From a virus (Duplodnaviria > Caudoviricetes): a stretch of DNA of 64,000 nucleotides. The position numbers were made by a program, and so were the translations under genes. This document shows positions 16,149-25,900 of the stretch, one piece after another. The stretch is from positions 1 to 64,000 of IMG/VR virus record IMGVR_UViG_3300009540_000001; one strand, given 5' to 3'. Below the pieces are notes generated by a model. That model had not been told where the DNA came from and searched no databases. It saw only the letters and a program-made list of their open reading frames with translations. Positions within the stretch are counted from its first letter, which is position 1. Every line of letters begins with the position of its first letter.

Positions 16149-16185
16149 CGTTCTTTTATATTCCGGCACGTAGGAACGCCGGTGT
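16149..16185 (-). promoter_or_regulatory. leader hairpin + A-rich tail, copy 5
   Basis: CCGGC-GTTCCTACGT-GCCGG-AATATAAAAGAACG. Confidence 0.75.
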
Positions 16186-16212
16186 GGTGTAAGCACCGTT
16201 TGCCTACATCTT

Positions 16213-16241
16213 CTTATACCCGCTCTAGGGGGTTGTTTTAG
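16213..16241 (-). promoter_or_regulatory. promoter CTAAAA-N17-TATAAG
   Basis: Repeated architecture. Confidence 0.7.
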
Positions 16242-16522
16242 ACTCCCCCCCGGGCCGCCCGGGTCTTGCGCTCCATCTCGTTCCGCTCCTCCCTGTGGGG
16301 GTCGCAGTACGGCCCCCTCGCAGGCGCTCCACAGCGCAAGCAGAGCTTGGAAGCCTTCCGGCGCAGGCGTAGGGCTGCGGCGGATACCCGCTGGGTGTGA
16401 CGGCAGGGCTCGCAACGGGTGTACCCGTTTACGAAGGGGCGGTCTCCGCAGTCACCGCACAGGCCCTGCGCGATACGCCGGGCACGGAACAGACGCATGT
16501 ACTGCGTGGGTGTCATAGGCAT
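16238..16522 (-). CDS. small basic protein with two zinc-finger units
   Basis: CGDCG..CEPC and CLRCG..CDPH; SD GGAGG before MPMTP. Confidence 0.65.
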   Translation of the reverse strand: MPMTPTQYMRLFRARRIAQGLCGDCGDRPFVNGYTRCEPCRHTQRVSAAALRLRRKASKLCLRCGAPARGPYCDPHREERNEMERKTRAARGGV

Positions 16523-16585
16523 CCTCCAAGGCCTTCTACCCATTCTCGCGGGCTCTTTTCGGCGCGCTTCGCTATCCTTCCCCTC

Positions 16586-19500
16586 ATGCCTCCTCCCGGC
16601 GATCCGATGTCCCCGTACACCTCCATGCAGCAGCAGGCCGGGCTCCTCCCGAACATGCCGCAGCTACCCCAGGTGATCTTCCCGGGGCAGATCACGGCCA
16701 TGCTCGCCCAAGGCGGCCCAGGCGCTGCCATGGGGGCCATGGGAGCGAACCAGTTCCCCGGGCAGATGTACCAGACCATGACCGGCGCCCCGCAGATGTA
16801 CCAGGGGCCCACCGGGATCATGCAGGCGCAGATGGCCGCCGCGCCCTTCAACCCCTATCCAGGGCCGAACCCCTATGCGGGTATGTCGGGCGGTGCCGTG
16901 GGCGGTTCCCCCTCGCCCTTTACCGCGTACGCTCCGGCTCCTCCTCCGGCATACGGCGGCTTTCAGGGCCAGGGGGCCATTCCCTTCGCCCCGGCGCAAG
17001 CGGCAGGGGCCTTCAACACCCCGTACTCCCACGGGCTCGACCAGCTCCAGGCGCAGAACGACCGTGCCTTCTCCATGCGCCAGACCTTCGGCGGCGTCGC
17101 GGCGCACATGGGCGCGGACATCGGCGGCGGCATGGCCGGCGCGGCTCTCGGCTCGCGCTTCGGGAAGTTCGGGGCCATCGCTGGCGCCGCTGCGGGCTTC
17201 CTCGGCATGGAGTTCAGCGGGGGCGGGCAGTTCGCGCAGAACGCGTACATGGAGAACGTCGCCGCGCCCTCGATTCAGCGTCGCGGCATGGCCGGCATGA
17301 TCGAGCACGCTTCGCACGCCTTCGTGCCGTACGGCGCGAGCTCGCACGCTTCGGGGAGCGGGTTCTCGCACCACGCCTCTGAGCAAGCGGCCTCGGGGCT
17401 GATGGCGATGGGCAACTCGGCATCGTTTCAGCGCGAGACGTTCGGGAAGTTCAACAACGCCGACATCGGGCGCATCACGCAGAGCGCCTCGCACGAGGGC
17501 CTGATGCAGGGGGTGCAGGACCCCTCGCAGATGGTGGGCCGCGTGCGCGAGATCGCGAAGAGCCTCGGGGCCTTCATGGAGCTCGCGAAGGAGCCGGACA
17601 TTCAGCGCGCCTTGTCGACGATGGGCTCCCTCCGCTCGAGCGGCTTGAACCTCGGGGAGACGATGGGCGCCGTCACGCACGGTCGCGCCTTCGCCCGCAT
17701 GGCCGGCATGTCGTTCCAGCAGATGGCCGAGACCGGCGGCGCCATGGGCTCCTCGACCTTCCAGTCGATGGGGCTCACGCAGGGCCTGGGTCTTCGCACG
17801 GGCATGATGCACATGGGGCAGGCAGCGGCGAGCCAGAACGCAGGCGTGCTGAACCCGCAGATGATGAACCTTGTCGGAGGTGCGCAAGGCCTCGCGAACT
17901 CCAACAATATGTTCTCCGCCGGCATGCTTCAGATGCCGATGATGGCCCCCGGCGCCATGAGCGGCGCGGGCGGCATCTCGGTCAATGCGATGAACGGCAT
18001 GATGAACGGGTCGACCAACCTGTTCGGCATGACGGGCAGAGGGGCGAACGTCCTGAGCGGCATGGCAGCGCGCGGCGGCGTCGAGTCCCTCGGCATGGCG
18101 ATCGGCATGCAGCCGATCCTGCAAGACACCATGGGCCGCATGATGCAGGCCGACGGACCCTTCACGCAGCGCAACACCGAAGACCGGCAGATCATGAATC
18201 TGTCGCGCCAGCTCGGCATGCGCGGGTCGGCAGGCTTCATGACCGCAGGGCAGGCCATGGGCCTGTCGCCCTCCGCCGCCCTGGCTCGAGCGCAGGAGAT
18301 GGGGTCGGGCTCGTACTGGAGCGGGCAGCGTCAGCAGATCGAGACGCGGCGGCGCGAGGGTCGCGAGGAGGAATATCGAAGGTGGGATGCGGAGGCGCCG
18401 ACGTTTGGGGAGAGTGCGATGCGCCACTCTGGGTTGGGAGAAGTCACGGATAACGCGCGGCGCCGCATCGAAGACACAACCCACCACATCAGCCACGCGC
18501 TCACAGGCGACCACTACAACGGGTACGCACCCGTCAGTGACGAGGACAGAAGGAACGACAACCGCACGCTGCGCTCGGCGTCGTTCCAGACCGCGATGAA
18601 CCGGTTCTCGGCGCGTGGGAACGAGATCGAGAACGAGCGCGAGCGTAGTCCGCTTGGGCGGACCGTGCGGCACATGAGCCGCGCTTGGGACCTGGATAGG
18701 GCCGCAGGAAACTCGGCGCTGCTCCGGCCCTTTGGGATGATGGCAAACTCCCTAGAGTCGGAAGACTCTCTACGCGACCAGGTGCGTGACTACCGCGAAG
18801 GCGCGTCGCTTACTGGGATGTCGCTGTCCACCACGAGTCGAGAACGACAGCAACTCGGGAGCCAGTCCGCGTCTTTGTTTGGTGCAGGCGCCGCAGGGCA
18901 GCGGGCTATGCAGGAGTTCGGTCAAGCGCAAGCCCAGCTCATGGGGCAAGGACACATGGAGCAGACCGGCGGCGTTGGCTTTGCGATGAACGCTATTGGG
19001 CGTGCGGGCGTGATGGGTCTTACGGGAGGAATGATCGACCCAGGCAACGTCTTCGCGGGCTCGGGCGGTACACGCGGATCGGACCAGCGGGAAGCGTATC
19101 TGCGAATCGCGACGACCACTGGGGGCCTTTCTAACCAGGAGGCCGCGCGTAACTGGGACGCGCATTCCCGCAGCGTGACGCAGTCCGCGAGCCTTGCGCG
19201 GCACGACTCGATGACGCCCGAAGAGGAGCAGCGAGCGAGAGACGCGGCGCGCAGTGGCCCCGGCGGGGGCCGACAAGGCGGCTTCGAACAAGCTACGCGG
19301 GAGAGCGAGCGCGCAGGCGTCACCACCTTGATGGGCAGCGGCGCGTCGATGGAGGCCGGGGAGCGCGTATCTCGACAGCTGCGGAGTATCAACGGTGTGG
19401 GTAGCACGGACGCACAACGGCAACGCTCTCGCGAGTACATTGCGGCGCGCGCGCAGCTCGTCGCCGTCTCGCGCAATAGCAACTCGGAAGAGGCGCGGCT

Positions 19501-20317
19501 GCGGGCGCGCCAGCAACTCGCGAAGTTCGACGAAGACATGCCGACGTCGGGCCCGGAGGCCTTCAGCGAGGATCAGGTACGGCAGATGCGCGAGTCCGCC
19601 AGCGCGCTAGGCTCGGGGCTTCAGGGAGACGCGCTTCGCGACGCCGAGCGCATTCATCGCCGACATGGTCGCGCCTCCGGGTCGCAGCTGCGCGCAGGCT
19701 TTCGTGTGGGCGAAGAGCAGATCAATCAGGCGCGGCTGGCGCGTACCGTATCAGGCGGCGCCGAAGTGTTGGGTTCCCGGGGCGGCGTGCTCGGTGACAT
19801 GTTCCATGACATGCACGGGGACAACTACAACGCGGGGACAATGGAGACCCGCATTCGGGACATGTCTGACAGCCAGATCTCGCAACTGCGACAGCAGGGA
19901 CAAGGCTCGATGGCCGACGCGTTCATGCGCGTGCGCAACAGCGCACGCGGGGACACGGAAGCCATGGGCGGCGTGAGCGCGGCGCTTTCCAAGGCCGGTG
20001 AGCGCCGCGACCGCATCCGTACGGAAGTGGAGGAGGGCTACGGCGGAATCGGAAAGATCATGAACCGATTCACCCACAGTCGCATCTCTGACACCGTCGC
20101 CGACTTGGTAGGGCGCACGACTCTGATGGACTCCGACGCCGAGCGTCAAGAGTCGCGCACCAACGAAGCTCAGGCCGCTGCCCAAGGTGCAGGCCTCGGA
20201 GGCGGCAACGACCAGCTCGTTGCAGCGAGCCGTAGTCTTGAGGAAGCGTCGCGGATGCTGCGGGACACCGTGCAAGGGCGCGGGCTCGATGGGCTCGTGA
20301 GGACGCCGGGAGCGTAA
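16586..20317 (+). CDS. tape measure protein (probable)
   Basis: About 1240 aa, Gly/Ala/Met/Gln-rich, helical; first gene of the tail module; start reassigned to ATG 16586. Confidence 0.7.
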   Translation: MPPPGDPMSPYTSMQQQAGLLPNMPQLPQVIFPGQITAMLAQGGPGAAMGAMGANQFPGQMYQTMTGAPQMYQGPTGIMQAQMAAAPFNPYPGPNPYAGMSGGAVGGSPSPFTAYAPAPPPAYGGFQGQGAIPFAPAQAAGAFNTPYSHGLDQLQAQNDRAFSMRQTFGGVAAHMGADIGGGMAGAALGSRFGKFGAIAGAAAGFLGMEFSGGGQFAQNAYMENVAAPSIQRRGMAGMIEHASHAFVPYGASSHASGSGFSHHASEQAASGLMAMGNSASFQRETFGKFNNADIGRITQSASHEGLMQGVQDPSQMVGRVREIAKSLGAFMELAKEPDIQRALSTMGSLRSSGLNLGETMGAVTHGRAFARMAGMSFQQMAETGGAMGSSTFQSMGLTQGLGLRTGMMHMGQAAASQNAGVLNPQMMNLVGGAQGLANSNNMFSAGMLQMPMMAPGAMSGAGGISVNAMNGMMNGSTNLFGMTGRGANVLSGMAARGGVESLGMAIGMQPILQDTMGRMMQADGPFTQRNTEDRQIMNLSRQLGMRGSAGFMTAGQAMGLSPSAALARAQEMGSGSYWSGQRQQIETRRREGREEEYRRWDAEAPTFGESAMRHSGLGEVTDNARRRIEDTTHHISHALTGDHYNGYAPVSDEDRRNDNRTLRSASFQTAMNRFSARGNEIENERERSPLGRTVRHMSRAWDLDRAAGNSALLRPFGMMANSLESEDSLRDQVRDYREGASLTGMSLSTTSRERQQLGSQSASLFGAGAAGQRAMQEFGQAQAQLMGQGHMEQTGGVGFAMNAIGRAGVMGLTGGMIDPGNVFAGSGGTRGSDQREAYLRIATTTGGLSNQEAARNWDAHSRSVTQSASLARHDSMTPEEEQRARDAARSGPGGGRQGGFEQATRESERAGVTTLMGSGASMEAGERVSRQLRSINGVGSTDAQRQRSREYIAARAQLVAVSRNSNSEEARLRARQQLAKFDEDMPTSGPEAFSEDQVRQMRESASALGSGLQGDALRDAERIHRRHGRASGSQLRAGFRVGEEQINQARLARTVSGGAEVLGSRGGVLGDMFHDMHGDNYNAGTMETRIRDMSDSQISQLRQQGQGSMADAFMRVRNSARGDTEAMGGVSAALSKAGERRDRIRTEVEEGYGGIGKIMNRFTHSRISDTVADLVGRTTLMDSDAERQESRTNEAQAAAQGAGLGGGNDQLVAASRSLEEASRMLRDTVQGRGLDGLVRTPGA

Positions 20318-20320
20318 CGA

Positions 20321-20527
20321 ATGATCGACCGCGAAGAAATCCCAGGCACCGCCATCGACGTGCTCGACGTCACCGTCAACAACGCGCTCATCAACTTTCG
20401 CCGGGACCAGCTGCCGAACCCGCAGCTGCTCAGCCTGTGGCGCTTGGCGAAGGTCGTCACGTTCGAGCTCGGCCCGATGACCGTGTTCACCGAAAACGCG
20501 GACCCCTCCTCGGGCTTTACGGAGTAA
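20321..20527 (+). CDS. small hypothetical protein
   Basis: Fills the gap in the operon. Confidence 0.6.
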   Translation: MIDREEIPGTAIDVLDVTVNNALINFRRDQLPNPQLLSLWRLAKVVTFELGPMTVFTENADPSSGFTE

Positions 20528-20534
20528 TCCAGTC

Positions 20535-21836
20535 ATGGTCTACGCTCCTGGTAGGGATCGGGCTCCTCCCGACGACGACAACCAACCCTTTCGGAACTCA
20601 GCGGCGTACGTCCCTGGCCAGGGCGCGGGCGGCGTTCACGCTGGGTACATCCAGGGGATGACGCCGAAGTACGCCCTGAACGCAGGGCTACGAAGCGACC
20701 GGTACCGAAACACGCTGGCGCGGCTGTTCATCCGCGTCGACTCCGAAGAGATGGCGCTGTTCAAGGCGTCCATCAACGACACGCACGTCCGCAGCCAGCT
20801 GGCGGAGCGCATCGCAGGGGATCCGGTCACGCGGCAGGAGGAGCGGATCACGGCGGCGGGGAACGTCACGCAGACCGTCACGCGCCACGCGAACTCGGGC
20901 GGGACGAACGGCTACCTCGACTTCTTCATCCAGCAGGCGAGCATGCCGCTGCAAGAGAAGTTCGACGTCAAGGAGACCCTGGCGGACAACTACACCGCTG
21001 AGTTCTTCGGGCAGCAGCCCCCGATGTGGTCGTACTCCGGCTGGCTCATGAACACGGTGCAGGACGATCAGGCGACGAACTTCCTGCGCCTGTACCTCTC
21101 GGTGATGCGCGGGACGCAGCTCGCGCGCCGACAGAAGATCATCGCGCTCAAGGTCGACACGATGATCGTGAGCGGCGCGATGGTGAACTTGAACATGACG
21201 CTGACGTCGAACGCGGAGATCTACATCCCGTTCTCGTTCAGCCTCTTGGTCAAGCGCATCAACTTCGTCAACTACACCCAAGGCTGGACGCCGACGCGAG
21301 CGACGAGCCGCTTCGCCGCCGACCCGCACGACATTCCGTACGACGGGCGGCCTGCGTCCGAAGGGTCGTTGCGTAACCTGGTGGCGTCCATGGGGGAAGA
21401 CGTCGTGCAGCTCGGTCCCAACGGGGAAGTTACCTCGGACCCGAGGACGCGGAGGGCGCCGCCGAGGCCGGATGCGCTGTCGCCGGCGCCGACGCCGGTA
21501 GCGGAGACGGACGAGGAAAACAGCGTGTTTGAGACTGCGTTGCTCGCGGCGGGAGGGGTGGCTGCGCCGTTCCTCCCCGGGGGCAGTGGCCGCCTTGCGC
21601 TGGGCGTCACGCTTGGAGCTCCCGTCGCTATCGCAACAGGCATCGGTCTGGGCGGCCTCGTCGCCGCCGACGCCGTCGGCCTGCCCGGCGCGGGGCGCAT
21701 CTTGGCGCGCATCGACGACGCGATCTCGCCCACCGCGCCGCCCCGTCCCCCGGCGCCGCCAGCGGCGACGCCTGAGACGCAGAACCCGCCGCATCCGACC
21801 ACGCCGATCCCCCTGAGCACCCCCCATACACCATGA
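20535..21836 (+). CDS. baseplate hub / tail tube initiator-like protein
   Basis: Follows the TMP; beta-rich QEKF...ETLADNY..FFGQQP...YSG.L pattern. Confidence 0.5.
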   Translation: MVYAPGRDRAPPDDDNQPFRNSAAYVPGQGAGGVHAGYIQGMTPKYALNAGLRSDRYRNTLARLFIRVDSEEMALFKASINDTHVRSQLAERIAGDPVTRQEERITAAGNVTQTVTRHANSGGTNGYLDFFIQQASMPLQEKFDVKETLADNYTAEFFGQQPPMWSYSGWLMNTVQDDQATNFLRLYLSVMRGTQLARRQKIIALKVDTMIVSGAMVNLNMTLTSNAEIYIPFSFSLLVKRINFVNYTQGWTPTRATSRFAADPHDIPYDGRPASEGSLRNLVASMGEDVVQLGPNGEVTSDPRTRRAPPRPDALSPAPTPVAETDEENSVFETALLAAGGVAAPFLPGGSGRLALGVTLGAPVAIATGIGLGGLVAADAVGLPGAGRILARIDDAISPTAPPRPPAPPAATPETQNPPHPTTPIPLSTPHTP

Positions 21837-22936
21837 TCTCAAGCTTCGTCCCCCTCACCAACACCCTGCTCGCCCCCTCCGACTCGTTCACCGTCGAGAT
21901 CTCCGCGATCGACGAGGGCGCGACGGTGCGGCACCTGAAGGTGGACGTCAACGCCGCCCTCGTCTTCGAGTACTCCGACGGCATCCTGTACGCCGACCCG
22001 GCGTACACGATCGTGGTCACGGCGCTCGCGACGTCGCTCTCCGTGAAGTTCACGCTCGTGGCGCTCCCGGTCTACGGAACGCTCGCAGGCGTCGACATCT
22101 CGTACGCCGACTCCCTGACCCCGATCGTGTACGACGCCTCCAACTACGCCTACGGCGCCGTCACGCTGCGCGCGCAGTACCCCGCGCCGGAGCAGGGCGG
22201 CGTAGGGCCGAATCCGCCACTCACGCTCGTGGTCGAACCCGCCGCGCCCTTCACGTTCACCGACGCGTCGTTTCTCGTCGATGGCACCGAGGCGATTCAG
22301 GTCGGCGCCCCCGCACGCCCAGGTTTCTCGGGCCGGGCAGAGATCACCCCGTCGCTCATCGTCGTGGACGTCTTCTCGAGACGCCACTTCAACCGGAACT
22401 CGAGGATCCTGCTTCAGGCGTCGCTCGCCGTCACGCAGGACGCCGGTGTGACGATCTACTACGCGCCGGTCGCCTGGAGCTTCCACACGAACCTGCCCGT
22501 GACTCCGCTGCGGAACCCGGGCCTCGCACGAACGACCGTAGACCGGCCACACGTCTCGGCGGCCTTCGAGATGTTTCGGCGTGGCCTCGCAGGGTCGCTA
22601 CGCGCGACGTCCTCGAGCGCCGCCTTCTCGGTGCTGCTCTATTACGCCGTAAAGAACTCAGGCCTCGCTTCGATGCGCGCGACGCTCCCGTCCGCTCGAG
22701 ATCTTGAGCAAGAGAAGCTCCTGCCTTCCGACCAGGTCTCCGCCGTGTTCGTGTACGACCGTCTGGCGTCGCTCGAGCCGTTCTGGAAGCCCCTGCTCGA
22801 CGAGCTCGTACGCTCCGGTGCGGTGCAGCCAGAGCGGGCGACGCTGCTGGACCGGGCGTGGGTGAGCCGAAACGCGACGGACGCGGTGGGCGCCGCGAGC
22901 GCCGCGATCCTGTACGGACAGGCGGCCATTCTGTAG
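21833..22936 (+). CDS. virion structural protein (hypothetical)
   Basis: ATGA coupling; Ig-like beta-rich N-terminus. Confidence 0.55.
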   Translation: MISSFVPLTNTLLAPSDSFTVEISAIDEGATVRHLKVDVNAALVFEYSDGILYADPAYTIVVTALATSLSVKFTLVALPVYGTLAGVDISYADSLTPIVYDASNYAYGAVTLRAQYPAPEQGGVGPNPPLTLVVEPAAPFTFTDASFLVDGTEAIQVGAPARPGFSGRAEITPSLIVVDVFSRRHFNRNSRILLQASLAVTQDAGVTIYYAPVAWSFHTNLPVTPLRNPGLARTTVDRPHVSAAFEMFRRGLAGSLRATSSSAAFSVLLYYAVKNSGLASMRATLPSARDLEQEKLLPSDQVSAVFVYDRLASLEPFWKPLLDELVRSGAVQPERATLLDRAWVSRNATDAVGAASAAILYGQAAIL

Positions 22937-22970
22937 ACGGCGTGGTCGCCCGGTAGTTATCCTACCGGAC

Positions 22971-25900
22971 ATGCCCTTCGACCCCTCGGCCACGCGCTCC
23001 GGCTCAGTTTTCTCGGACAACCCGAACTACGCCGGGGCCTGGCTCGTCTACGTCAACGGCGTAGAGACGCCGACGATCGGCTTCGAAGTTGACTACGGTG
23101 TCTGGCAGATCCCGTCGTTCCGCATCCACCTGATTCCGGACATCCTCATCCAGCGCATCGGGCAAGAGGACCGCGTCCCGGTTCAGATCTTCTACCTGGA
23201 CCCGTGGGCGACGGACGAGCCGACCTTTCGGCTGCTCGTCGACGGCGAGATCGTCGGATGGAGCTACTCGAGCGCGACCGGGCAGCGCTCCATTGCCTTC
23301 AGCTGCCTCGCGCACATTCACCTCTTCCAGCAGCTGTACTTCTTCTACATGACGACGGTCGACGACATCGTCGGCAGCCACGACCCGTCCGTCCTCGCCT
23401 CGGCGGTCGCGGTCCCGGGGCTCCTCTACCCCTACAGCTTGTTTCACCAGGGCCTGCTCTCGACGAAGTCGCAAGTCCTGGAAGTCGACACGACGACGCC
23501 GGACACGCGGGACGTCCCGGAAGACGCGCAGCCGATCAAGGCGCCGTACGAGCTGGTCACGAACGTGATCAAGGGGATCATCTCGGAGAACGTGCCGGCG
23601 AACCGCCGTGCCGTACCGATGGTGAACTTCTTCGCGCGGCACACGCGCAAGGTGCGCTTCCACAACCGCTGGGTGCGCCTGCCGATGCTCGAGGACCCCG
23701 AGGCCCTCGAGGATCGCAAGGGCGTCTTCCCCATCTTCGCGGCGGCGCGCAACGACCAAGCGATGCTCGCGATGCAGCGTCAGGTCGCGTCGCAGATGGG
23801 CTCCTCCGGGCCTGTGTGGAACCTCTTCGAGCAGATCTTGAAGATGGTCCACATGGAGATCGCGATGATCCCCAACCCGGCCTGCGTGCAGGTCGCGCTC
23901 GCCGACCTCGCGCCGGGGCAGCCGCAGGAAGGCAAGATCATCAAGCTCTTGCCCGACAAGGCGAACGAGGTCACGACGCGACGCGGCGTTGATCCGGCGG
24001 CGATTCGTCAGCGCGCCGTGAGGCTCACCACGGAAGTCGCGAACATGATCGCAGGGCGTCAGCCCATCAAGATCGAGACACTGAGAGAAGCTGGATTCAC
24101 GCAAGTCCCCTCGATCTCCGAGGTCTCGATCAGCGTCATCTACAACAAGCTCTTTCAAACGGCGAACAACGCCGCGACCGTCGCGGGCGTCGAAGAAGAG
24201 TCGACCGTCGACCCCATGAAGCCGATCCGCCTCGCGCAGCACTTCGTGAAGCCGCCCTTCACGTTCGGCGAGGTCCCGGTCTGCAACGTCCTCTTGCCGT
24301 CGCAGGTCGACAGTTGGACGTACGACGAGTCGTACATCACGCAGCCGACGCGCATCTACGTGAACGACGCCGTCATGACTCGGCTCCTCAGAGCGCAGGG
24401 CGCCAACCGCGAGCTCATGCTGCACGCGCTCACCGTGGGCTTCCCCGAAGAAGCCGACGCGCTGATGCACCACAAGGTCGCGTCGAGCGCGGCGAACCCG
24501 GCCGGGGACGTCGCCACCGGCGGCGCGGAGTCGGGGCGCAACCTGCTGCTCTGGCCCGAGGAGTTCTACAAGGGCCCCGTGACGGCGCGCGCGGAGCTGC
24601 CGTCGTGGTTCCAGTTCATGCGGCAGTTCGCGAACGCGAATCCGCCGGAGCCGCAGACGCCCGAACAGATCGAGGCAGCAGCGCTCGCGGCGATGGCGCG
24701 CACAGCAGGGCAGCTGCGCACCGCCGCGAACCTTGCCGCAGCGGCAACGGACGCAGCGGACGCGGCGGCAGTCGCGGCGTCTGCGCGCGCGACAGCGGCG
24801 AACCCGCCGGACCCGGCGCTCACGGCAGCTGCGACAGCGGCAGCAGCAGCGGCAGTCACAGCGCACACCAACGCGACCAACGCCGAAGAAGCCGCGCGGA
24901 CAGCGGAAGCGGCGCTCGCGACGCGAAGGTCGCGTGCGACGCCGACGCAGCCGGCCGCGCCGCAACCGCCGAGCGTGACGGGGATGGCGACGCCGACGCG
25001 CATTCCGGGGTCGCCGTTGGCCTCGGCGCCGCTGAACATTGTGCAACCACCTCCGACGGTGTTCGATGTCGCGGCGGCGGCGGCGGCGGCGAGGCGCAAC
25101 AGCATTCAAGGGAGACCGCAGTCGCGGGCGGACTGGCCCTTCCGATGGATTCCAGACGCGGAGACGGAAAGGCGGGCACTCGCGCAGAACGTGCGCGCGC
25201 AGCAAAACTTCGCGCGATGGGAGGGCCCCCCCGAGCCGCGTAACCTTCGCCCCTCTCCGGGGATCGAGCGCCTCGCGTCGCACATCGCGAGTCGATTTCC
25301 GGCCGCACGTTTCGAACTCTTGCGGACCGGATTGACCCGAGAGCAGGTGAAGCGCGTAATCGCGTACGGGCGTGGTTCGAGTGTCGCCCGGGTGGGTACG
25401 AGTCGTGGGCGCGACGCGCACGAAGCTGGCGTCGCGGCCGACTTCATGATCCCCACGGTGAATCACCGTCCAGACCTGGTAATCGGGAACCCTGTCGCGA
25501 ACTACCTCATTGCGAACGCGGAGATCTTCGGCGTTCAGCGCGTTGTTTGGGCTCGTACGGTGTGGGAAGCCGCAGGGCTAGGGCCCAGAGGCCGCGTGAC
25601 ACTTGCGTGGGATAACCGGGATCTCACAGGGCCCGAGGCGGAGAGACGGGACCACGCCAACCACATCCACGTCGAGCTCAACCAAGAGGGTGCGAACCTC
25701 CTCGCGCCGTTCTTCCGCAACGGTGCCCCCCTGTCTCCGAACGTGCAGAGCCGCTTGACGACGGTTCGCTACGCGCTCGGCCGTGTAGCCTCGGGATCGG
25801 GCCCGGTGGCTTTACCGGGTATAGTCACCCCCAACCCGCCCAACACCCCTGCGGGTCCGGCGCCCACCACCGGGCACACCGCAACGACCAGCCAAGCGGG

